Assembly (NCBI GenBank): GCA_047495785.1 | Contig: JBLDXI010000025.1 | Span: 1,488,001 to 1,552,000, forward strand | Reading direction: 5' to 3' | DNA: 64,000 nucleotides | DNA from: Lepidodermella squamata | Lineage: Eukaryota > Animalia > Gastrotricha | Shown: in pieces, positions 1-9,693 of the stretch | Numbering within the stretch: the stretch's first letter is position 1 | Layout of the letters: each line of letters opens with the position of its first letter | Notes under the pieces: generated by a model | Seen by the model: the letters and a program-made list of their open reading frames with translations, nothing else | The model's database searches: none | Told to the model about the DNA's origin: nothing | Program-made: the position numbers and the translations under genes

Positions 1-165
1 GTCTCACTAAACTGGAATCTGGGTTTTATGTCAACTAAAATTCGGTACGATCAAGACTTCCGATTTCCGATGGACTTTTCTCATTTAAAACATAGCTTGG
101 TCATTCATCGTTTAGCTCTCGCATCTATGCTCATTGCTTATTCTCTGTGATAGGCTTAATTTAAA

Positions 166-1881
166 ATGGCAACGCGAGGTCGTCGGCCATTTGCCAACAA
201 AGGCGCTTCGTCGAACACCCAAGAAAAATCTTTTCAAATGACTCTGACGCAAGCTCGAACCACTGGAACCCTCAATTTAGCTAATCGCGAGCTGCAGGCG
301 ATCCCACCTATTTTCTTGGGTGACGAGTCTGCTTCAGGCGACGCATCTTTCGACGCCAATTCTCCTCGCTGGTGGGAAACCGTGGATATAAGAAAGGTTT
401 TCATCCAGTGCAACAAGCTGACACAAATTCCACCTGAACTGTTTGCAAAACTAGTGTCTTCGCTGTCTGTTATCGATGCTTCTGACAACTTGCTGAAGGA
501 ACTGCCTATAATTATCGGAGATTTAGAAAATCTGCAAACGCTGAACCTGAGCCATAATAAGTTGACACTGCTTCCCGAAACATTCGTCAATTTATTGAAT
601 TTAGCTGATTTGAACATGACTCACAACGAATTGGGCGCCTTACCTCCGAAATGGAATAATCTATCGTCATTGGTCATACTTAATTTATCGCATAACAAAT
701 TGTCGAAACTACCGGACAACTTCGGCCTATGCCCTAGTCTGACTTCACTCGATCTATCCAACAATCAGTTGAATAATTTACCGCCAAGTTTTGGCCGTTT
801 GCAAAAGCTACAGAACCTTGACCTTTCTTTCAACAAGTTATCGGCTACGAGTGATTTCTCATCGTTGGTCAATCTGAAAGTGCTGAAATTGGATAACAAC
901 TCCTTGACTTCGATGCCTGATATTAACAAATGCCGTCAATTGAAGGAATTATCCTTGTGCGATAACGCTTTAACGGCTTTTGCGGTGAAAGACCTCGAGT
1001 GTTTGAGGGCGATTACGATTCTCAACCTACGAGGCAATAAAATATCGGAGATTTCGGATGAAATTGCTTCGGCATTACATTCCATTGAAAGATTGGATTT
1101 GGCTAATAACAATTTATCCACTGTACCGCCTTATCTCGGCCTAATCGACAACCTAAAATGCATCGTCTTGGACGGAAATCCTTTACGGGCTTTACGACGC
1201 GATGTCGTGAATAGAGGCACTGTTTTTATCAAGCAATGGCTTGTTTCTCGACTACCCGAGGCAGTTTTAGCGGCCAAAGGTCAACAATCAGGATCAGGAC
1301 CGACAATACCTGAGAATTCGAAAGATCAGAACGTGAATAAATCTGGCGAAAAATTGGATTTATCAAACCGTGGCTCGGAAAATTTGGCGAATCTACTGAA
1401 TCAATCTAACGCTAATTGCAAGGAATTGATTTTGAGCAAAAACAAGCTTCAAAACTTGGATGGATCGATTTTCCAAAATTTTCGATCTCTTGTTTTCCTG
1501 GACGTTTCATGTAATATGCTGCGATCTTTGCCAGACGAATTGGCTGAATTGGCGAATTTACGTCAATTGAACATTTCTAATAACCGTTTTAGCGGACCGT
1601 TGCCGAAAGTTGTTTACAATTTCAAAAATTTGGAGGTTTTAATCGTGTCTGATAATTCGTTTGATACAATTGATACTAGTCAGCTGGTTCTTATGAGCCA
1701 GCTATCAGTTCTCGACATTCGGAACAACAATTTTTCACAATTGGCGCCGGAAATTGCCAACTGCCCGGCGTTGAAACACTTGGAAGTTACGGGCAATTGC
1801 TTCAAAGTGCCACGGCCTGAAATTATTCGAAAGGGCAGCTTGGCGATTCTCGAGTATTTACGCACAAAAATTGTCGCCTGA
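166..1881 (+). CDS. LRRC40: Leucine-rich repeat protein 40-like, single exon, 571 aa
   Basis: Tandem LxxLxLxxNxL repeats; N-terminal ARTTGTLNLANREL and RWWETVD; internal GNPLRALRRDVV and C-terminal GNCFKVPR...ILEYLRTKI match the LRRC40 layout; AATAAA at about 1962. Confidence 0.88.
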   Translation: MATRGRRPFANKGASSNTQEKSFQMTLTQARTTGTLNLANRELQAIPPIFLGDESASGDASFDANSPRWWETVDIRKVFIQCNKLTQIPPELFAKLVSSLSVIDASDNLLKELPIIIGDLENLQTLNLSHNKLTLLPETFVNLLNLADLNMTHNELGALPPKWNNLSSLVILNLSHNKLSKLPDNFGLCPSLTSLDLSNNQLNNLPPSFGRLQKLQNLDLSFNKLSATSDFSSLVNLKVLKLDNNSLTSMPDINKCRQLKELSLCDNALTAFAVKDLECLRAITILNLRGNKISEISDEIASALHSIERLDLANNNLSTVPPYLGLIDNLKCIVLDGNPLRALRRDVVNRGTVFIKQWLVSRLPEAVLAAKGQQSGSGPTIPENSKDQNVNKSGEKLDLSNRGSENLANLLNQSNANCKELILSKNKLQNLDGSIFQNFRSLVFLDVSCNMLRSLPDELAELANLRQLNISNNRFSGPLPKVVYNFKNLEVLIVSDNSFDTIDTSQLVLMSQLSVLDIRNNNFSQLAPEIANCPALKHLEVTGNCFKVPRPEIIRKGSLAILEYLRTKIVA

Positions 1882-2062
1882 ACTTGAAATTTTAACTTGA
1901 TGTGACTATGGCTTCTTTCTCGTTATAGCATGTGATACAATTATTGAAAAATCAAACCTCGAATAAAGGAAATGTTGCTTTCAAAAACATTCTATTTTTT
2001 ATCATAATGGTTTGAAATTTCAAAATTTATCTCAGTTGATATTTTTTACTTGTTTTTTTAGA

Positions 2063-5000
2063 ATGCTGACTCAATTATGTAGAAAATTTTACGCAGCAGT
2101 AAAAAATCTTATAAATTATATTTCGATCAAAATCGGCGAGATAAGTACCGATAAATTAGCCGCGAATGTCATTGGCCCATTTTCGTTGATTTTCATCTCG
2201 CTAATGACCTTGGACGGCTGTATCGCAATATACCTGTGCCTCGTGAAATGGAAAGCTAACGAATGGCCGTTCTGGCGGTTTGCGATGCACTATGCGATAG
2301 CTCACATTGCCGGTGCGAATATTTTCTATCATTACTACAAATGCGCCTTCAGCGACCCGGGCCTCCCAACGGCAGATGACGAGCGCAGTTTTCCTTCCAG
2401 CGGCTGGTGTCGAAAATGTTCAGGTATGTTGAATTGGAGTTTTTCTGTTTAAGAAACCAAATTTTGCGATGTGAAAAAAATAAACATCGATATCGATCTT
2501 AAAACTTTTCGCGTAATTGAAACCAGCAATCCATTCTTACCGAATCTAATCCATTGAAAAAGAAGGACGACGCAACACAAGTATTGCAGCTTCGAGTCAT
2601 TTATTTCACAAAGGTTCCTCGGTAGATATTAAATCGTGTGACTTTTCGGCCACTAAGTGGCCATCGTCAGGCACGAATCGATCACAAGAAATAGGCAATG
2701 GTCATCACGAATCAAGTGTGAAGCAATTGATAGGTGAAGCATTGAACATTTCTTCGGGTATCGAAGTTCGAACTCAGCCTCGATTGAAGTACATGACGTA
2801 ATGTCGTCCGTTCACGTCACCGCGCGCCACGACTTGATTTTGGGCGTTCAGAATAAGGCAGTCGTCTTTCCTCAACAGGGTTATGATACATTTGTAGCCA
2901 TTTTGAGCCGCTCGGCGGCTACTGAACAGGTTCCAGGACAGATCATTTTCAACACATGAGGATGAAAGAAAAAAAAATTGGGAAGCGTAAGAACGAGAGA
3001 TCGGGTTCGAACCGGCGACCCTCTTTTCGAAAATTTCAAAAATTCATGTAAAAACTGAACAGGGTTGAATGTAATGGCAAAGAAATACCGCGAACGAATA
3101 TATGATGCCGAAAGAAACAATTAGAAACGCGAAAGCGAGAAGTCGGATGGAACCCATGATCTTCTTATGAAATTTCAAAAATACATTGTAGTCCGGTGTT
3201 GCAGGGTCAAAGTCCGTTTTTACTGCTATCGTTATTTGTATGTCGTGTGGTGGTGCGGTCATGTGGTCGCGAAACTGTCAAATAATATTTATAAAAAATG
3301 GCTGTACTTAAATCACTGAAGACCCTCCTTTATTACTTTATAGCGCGACACGAACGAAGATATTTGCAAGTGAAGATGGGCAATTGAAAAATGCAAGCCA
3401 CCACGTACAATGTGCCAATATTTCTTGATTGCTGTATTTCGACAGCTACTGCGATTATTGCTAAGAAAAATACGCGCGACCTCACCACCGCACCACCAGC
3501 CCCACCACCCAAACAGGAAAGTACTGCTCACATAAAACTTAGCAATAATAACCAGATGATGATTCATCTGGGTCACTCTGCAAAACCCGGACTACAATGT
3601 AAATGAAATCGGATGATGAGTCAGTGCTGAAAATGCTGAATATGTCATCACGGGTCATCCTAGACACTAGACAGTGGTTCACCCAACACTCGCAGATGGA
3701 CAAGGTGAAGCTTAGTAAAAGTAGCAATGTCCCCCTTGTCAGCGGCTACTGGTTTCGACCAGAATGTTCCTTCAAACCCCCCGGCATGATTCCTGAAAGC
3801 ATCCAAAATGTGATCCTCCATTTCGATTAGGTTCCCGCGAACGCGTCGTTTTAGTAGGTTTTCGCTAAAAAGCATGCTTGCAAGGCGTACTGAGCAGAAG
3901 GGCTCCTCTGAGATGAAATGCATCTAAATTATTGATATTTTGAGATTTTGTTGGTGGAAAAATGCAAAAAATGTCAAAATATAGATTATGACTCATGTAA
4001 TGACTCGGAACAATTTCTCGAAAGATACGAAATTTATGAGCTTGTTTATTTTCTTTAATTGACTTCGTTATTTAATTGACTTAATTTTCTTTTCAAATTC
4101 TAGCTGTTAAACCTCCGCTGACTCACCACTGTTCGGTGTGCAAGCGTTGCGTTATTCGAATGGACCACCATTGCACGTGGATGAACAATTGCGTCGGCCT
4201 GAACAACCACCGCCATTTTTTCCTATTCTGCCTGTTCATGTGCGGCGCTACGTTATACGCTTACACTTCAGCTAGTGAACTCTACTACCAGCACACGCAA
4301 TACGGATTCGGCTACGCCGAGACCCATGCCACAGAAAATCAAGAAACAGGCGCTGTTATCGCGTCGTTGGGCCGGTTTAAATTCGACTGTGCCAGTCAGA
4401 CACTGATAAAAATTTCTGGGCCGGGCTTAAAATCCGGCGAAGTGGTAGTTCGGCAGAGCGTTCACCCGTACCGGCCGGGCAACCGCAATCACCGATTCGT
4501 TGTTGTTGCGCTGTATCTGTGCCTGCTATTTGCGATTCTACTCGCGTTTCTCGTTCTTTGGCATGCGTGGCTCATCAGCATTGCGCACACGAGTATCGAC
4601 AATATGGGCGGAGCTTCTCGGGTGAGCTTACATTTTTTTCATCGACTTGATTTAAATTAAAGTCGTTTTTTGATGTTATACAAGCTTGTTTTCAAGCTTC
4701 AAATCTGTTCAAAATTTCCATGATCTCAACTTTCATGAGAGTATGTGTCATCCTAAGTACAGTGCTCCCTCGATTAGTGCTCGGGGTCGGGGCTGTGGGT
4801 CGCGCACTTATCTAGGGTTGCAGCTAAAGAGGGCTGTTGAAGAGCTAGCGATGAATCATAAGTGCGTAGCTACGTTTTTTTCTTAGTTGCTAAGGAGACG
4901 TTGTTTTTAGTGGTTAGCCATATCTAACCAAGCCCGAATTCATTTGGATCCGAAGGATCATTAGATCGAATAAACAACATAACATAACATAACATCATCT

Positions 5001-7006
5001 TTATTCCGTTCTTCTTGAGAGAAAGAAAAAACAACAAAACTTTATACAGTAAGAGAAAGAGGCGACAGGGAATAGACTTCACTCCCGTGTACCTGCCATG
5101 CTAGGATCAGATGGGCGATCTTTGTGGGAGGAGAACCAGCCTTTGCTGCCGATTCCAGAGTCTGGCCAATATCCAAGTCAATTTGATAATTCACATAACT
5201 TTCAAAAAGGAATTCATTTAATTTCGAAATCGACATATTGGTTATGATGGTAGCAAGCTACTCATCCTTAATGTTTCGAATAAAGTTGTAGGCAATAATT
5301 TGAAGCAATATGTAGAGAGCATCCAACCCGTCTGACCAGAACTCGGCGTCGGCCGCGGCTTGATCGGATTCATGGGAACGTGGTGGGTCTTCAAGCGGCA
5401 CATTTTGCATCCCGGGAAACATGACTGTATGATCTTTTGGCTTGACGGGTTCCGGCATTTCTCTTTTAGCTACAAGTGACTTATTAGAGGATCCGAATAT
5501 TATCATATTCTTTATTAGAGAGCATAAATTATTCGGAGGATCAAATTGACAGCTGAAATTGCACCGTGTCTAGTCGTGAATATTTTGCCCAGCCGCTTAC
5601 AATCGTTGACAGTGAAATAACGGACATGGGCCGAGTCCAGATCGATCTTTAGCCCAAATAGTTTCCCGCCAACGTACAGGTCCGTTTGTGGTAAATAATG
5701 TGGTAAAAAATGTGGTAAATGTGGTAAATGTTCCAAATTTTGAAAAAACCTAATTACTGCCAAAAAGCGGACTTTATCCAATTTTGGCTTACTAAGAGAA
5801 CGTTAAGCTAAATCGGAGTGGACGGTTAATGTGACATTGCAAACGAAATTGGTCCCGATCCTACGCGGATTTTCACGCCAAAATACGATGAAGACTTTTT
5901 TAGTGAAGGCCTTCAGCTTCCGTTTGCGGTGTCCAAGAGCGTGGGAACGAATGAAAGCGTTGGAGTAGTTGGACTTCCGTAGCATTTGAGCTCCTACCGA
6001 AGTGTCTTTTGAGGGCTAACCAGATCTCTGCCATCCGGTCTTCACATGTAATCACATATGATAATCCAACAGATTCCGCCATTCTTTCGGTGCGACTTGG
6101 TGGACGACCGCGACCTCGACCTCGAGCTGGCTGAGATTCAGCTTTAGCACTTGATTCGGCCGAAACTTCTCCAAGAGAGATGGCAGAGCCGCCCCTTGGT
6201 GGGCGACCACGAATCGGGGCGGTAACAACGGTGCAAAAAAAAAATTGAATGACCAGAATAATGTTTTCCTTGACATTTCTGGTCATTCATGCCGCGGCTA
6301 GTTTCGCGCAGATACCCGTTATAGGGAATGACGACTGCTTCAGTGACGTGCAAGTAGACGCCGCTCTCAAGGCTGTCAAAAACGACTTGATAAAAGTGCT
6401 CGTCGATCCAGATGTAGTCGTCAGCCTTGTAAACTACAGAAAGTTCTTCGGTAATCGCAAGCCGAACTTTAGCCCACGAAGCTATTTTTACCGACGAGAA
6501 TAATTTCAGGCGAGCCTTAAGGAACGTCCACCAGGCGGACTCGGCCGAATAAAACTGCCCTTCGGTTGTTGAAACTGACGATCTTGGATGTTACAGACGA
6601 GTCTTCCAACCTGGAATTGGGTTTAATTTGATTTGCGGAAACTTCCGAATTGATAGTTAGTTTTGCGTCCAAATAAGTGTATAGGATTTTATGAAGAAAT
6701 TGTATGACGATCTTTCTTTTATTTTATAATTTTTTCCCCATTCCAGTCTATCTTGAAAATGCCCGTCCACGAAATTGTTCAGAATTGGAAGCTATTTCTC
6801 GGCCTCAATCAGCCAAATGCGTGAGTTATATCGATTGTTGAACCCACAATTATCAACCTAAAATTGCTAATTTTTTTCACAGGTCCTTGCTCAATCGATT
6901 GGTTCTTCCATCAAGTGGTTCTCCTACTTCCAAAATTGCCAAGAATAGCGGAGAGTCACAGCCTACCGGTCTCCTGAAAATCGCCTCAAAACCTGCTCAA
7001 GTTTAA
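2063..7006 (+). CDS. ZDHHC16: DHHC palmitoyltransferase, ZDHHC16-like; exons 2063-2423, 4104-4621, 6747-6820, 6883-7006 (358 aa)
   Basis: Spliced product reads [57 protein letters not shown] and NWKLFLG...RLVLPSS resemble ZDHHC16. All junctions are GT-AG and phase-consistent. Confidence 0.85.
2774..2955 (-). mobile_element. Ty1/copia pol fragment (beta-barrel region after the protease) in ZDHHC16 intron 1
   Basis: Manual translation NDLSWNLFSSRRAAQNGYKCIITLLRKDDCLILNAQNQVVARGDVNGRHYVM resembles the copia pol pattern L.xNLLSV.....GY.V.F....C.I......VA.G.....LY. Confidence 0.6.
5945..6045 (-). mobile_element. Ty1/copia gag (UBN2-like) fragment in ZDHHC16 intron 2
   Basis: CEDRMAEIWLALKRHFGRSSNATEVQLLQRFHSF resembles the copia gag motif A.E.W..L...F...S......L...F. 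Confidence 0.55.
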
Positions 7007-7110
7007 CGGTTCTCAATTTTTTTACCTCAAAATCGGATCTCATATGTGAGTATTGCTTAAAAGCTTTTCTAGTCGCCGTTGTTGCTCAGTATTATATTAT
7101 TACTATACAT

Positions 7111-7287
7111 CGTTAGCGGCGCGCCAAAACAACCACTTTACTATTTATAGATTTTATATGGATAGTACGATCGAGAGTAGAAAAAAATCAGTGCTCAAAT
7201 GGCCTATCGTACTTTAACATTACGTTCGGCGACTTCAAGTACGATCGAATGAATCATCTAAGTGGTTGTTTTGGCGCGCCGCTAACG
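7111..7287. mobile_element. 177-bp MITE with 28-bp terminal inverted repeats and a 4-bp ACAT target-site duplication
   Basis: CGTTAGCGGCGCGCCAAAACAACCACTT ... AAGTGGTTGTTTTGGCGCGCCGCTAACG; ACAT at 7107-7110 and 7288-7291. Confidence 0.8.
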
Positions 7288-7526
7288 ACATTTTCCATTC
7301 GTGTCTTTATTGTGATTTTCGTTGTCGAGAAATATTGGAAATAAAACCGCTTTAACGATGTATTTTCTGCGTCTTTGCGTCTGACCATAATTTTGGCGTC
7401 TAAACCGATATCGCTGAATCTTCGAAAGTTCGTTCTATTGAATTCCCAAAATCCTCGAAAACGAAGTATTGTCCTTGAACTTTAAAAAAAGTTTCAAAAT
7501 GTAGTAATTTATTTTTTCTCGCAGTA

Positions 7527-9374
7527 TTACGAAATCCTTCGAATGTCGACCGGCCGGTTGAGGGCCATAAGTGTGTAAAAGCTACAAACTAACAAAAAAG
7601 CTGCGAAAATAAACGTCCTGTGGTCAAGCGGATTTCCGTTCGCACTGGAAGACGTAATTTTTACATTGCCAGCTGCGAAATTCCTAATAGGGTTGCCGTT
7701 TTGATCGCAGTTTGAATCGGGGTGATAAGGACAATCCGGCACGACCTCGGAACACTTTTGAGCGAGGCAATATTTACGACCGGAATCGCACAAATTTCCA
7801 TCCCGGACGTGTCCGAAGTCGGGCATCTACGAACGCAAAAATCTAAAATAATATAGAAGCCGGTGATGCATCAAGACAAACCATTTTCCCAGAAACGGAA
7901 GCGCAACCTTTTTCATTCGAAAAGGAATATCGATGCTGTAGATTTTTGGAAAAGTTCAGAGAGCTGCACATCAGATTCCCGCATTCCACGTCCATCAGCA
8001 GGCATGGTTGCACAAACTGTCGATCTGCGAGACGATTTTTCGCAAACGGAGCGTGCCCGCCTATAATAAGAAATAAGCCTTTTGCTAACGGAAATGTTCA
8101 AACTTACAATTTCGATCGAGGCCTGCTTTAAGTCTATTCAAGCCGTAGCAGACTGCTCTTCGATCAGGTGGAACGTGAGGTGCACCCATCAGGCTTAAAC
8201 AGTCCTCATTTCTGCTTAAACATAACCCCTTGTAACAAGTTCCATCCAACTCAGGACCACATTTCGTGCCAACTTGTAGATAACGATCAGCAGGGCAGAA
8301 TGGGGAAGATCCGTCGCATGATTCCGAAAGATCGCAAGAATCAGATTTCGCTTCCCGGCAAATCGTTCGTTTTGCGGCAGGAATGATGGAGCAAGTCGAC
8401 GTCACGCAACAAGGTCCTTGGGCGCACTGTGCACCCTTTAAAAGGGTGCAAGTTGAATAATCGCAACACAGAGGATTCGGGCAGATCTGAGTTTCAAACG
8501 TGTGCAGTTCATCAATGCCCCAATTTCGAAAATCTAAACCGCAGTCACATTCCTCACCATGTTCTACGATGCCGTTTCCGCAAAATGAGTTATGATTCGG
8601 CGTTGGAATAGTTTCAAGACACAAAGGAGGTTTAGCTGTCTTAATCCATTGAGCGAGATATCTTTCGGAACAATTTGACCAGCTAATCCTATCGAATTTC
8701 TGCGATGGTTGCATGATTCCGTGAGTGGTTCTGCCATCTGCAGTCATGCACGGCTTACCATCCTCGAACCTTTCTGTATCATGCTTCATCCCTAAAGTGT
8801 GACCTATTTCATGCGCCAAAGTTTGAGCAGTGAACAAAACGTAGTGCTCGAAAGATGGCTGCTGATGAGATGAGATAGCGATGATGTTGGCTCCGTTCGT
8901 TCCAGTACACATTGAAGCAAACTGCGAGACGCCAACTTCACGACTAGAGTGATCAAAGTTTCTCACAACCACTAACACATCGGCGTTATTCCCGATTTTA
9001 GGCCAAAATCTTCCGGCAATGTTTTCGTTCAAATGTTGCTGAATACCGCGAACATTATCCCAATCCCTGTCTGGCATAGGTACAACTATAGACCTATCGG
9101 TTTCATTCGTCCAAACGGTAACATGTGTTGCATGGATGTGAATGTTCACCTCGTGGAGTAAAGCATTCGCCACGCTCAGCAGATGATTCATAAAGTTCCC
9201 AACCTTCGTTCGATTGCTCGCGAACAAATTGTGGGATGAGACTTCCCTTGTGATGATAAAACCGGATCGGATGTGAAGCCATTTCGGCGGAGGCTTGATG
9301 TCCTCAATTAGCTGCGGCTGTATCTTATCGAATGATTTTACGAAAAATAACAATAAAAGGATACAACTGAACAT
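7527..9374 (-). CDS. ADAM-family metalloprotease (reprolysin, disintegrin, Cys-rich, TM); exons 9374-8108, 8060-7882, 7826-7527 (581 aa)
   Basis: Signal peptide; zinc motif HEIGHTLGMKHD with Met-turn GIM; CGNGIVEHGEECDCG; disintegrin CDLSESCDG; spliced Cys-rich region DVECGNLMC and VRDGNLC; C-terminal TM helix. Introns of 47 and 55 bp. Confidence 0.88.
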
Positions 9375-9693
9375 TTCTTTGAATATCGATAAAAAATAGA
9401 TGCCATGAATGGATAATCTTTTTCTCCTTTGTAATAATCATATCGCGTGCTTTCCATTTCGCTGATGATTTCTTGTGTGCATACTCGCACTGACCGCTAC
9501 ATCGGCGGCGGAAATGATTTTGATGCGAACACATGGCCTTCATACTAAAGATTAATAGCCTCCATCGGAATAAACAGATGTTTTATGCTCATTGCTTATT
9601 ATCTATGTTATCTTAAGCTTTTATACCTATCCATGCAAGATAGAAATGAGATTTTTAGGAGAGAAGAATAAGAGTTTTAACGGTCGTGTTACT

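Noticed and set aside
234-1865. Antisense ORFs over LRRC40, and similar shadow ORFs over other long genes
   Set aside because: They lie opposite well-supported coding sequence and contain no recognisable motifs.
5042-5506. Two minus-strand ORFs with a faint death-domain-like ending (IAHLILAWQ)
   Set aside because: They are out of frame with each other and the similarity is too weak to call.
5687-5730. TGTGGTAAA repeated four times (Runx-like sites, or a CRISPR-like array)
   Set aside because: A short minisatellite without unique spacers, inside intronic repeat patchwork in a eukaryote.
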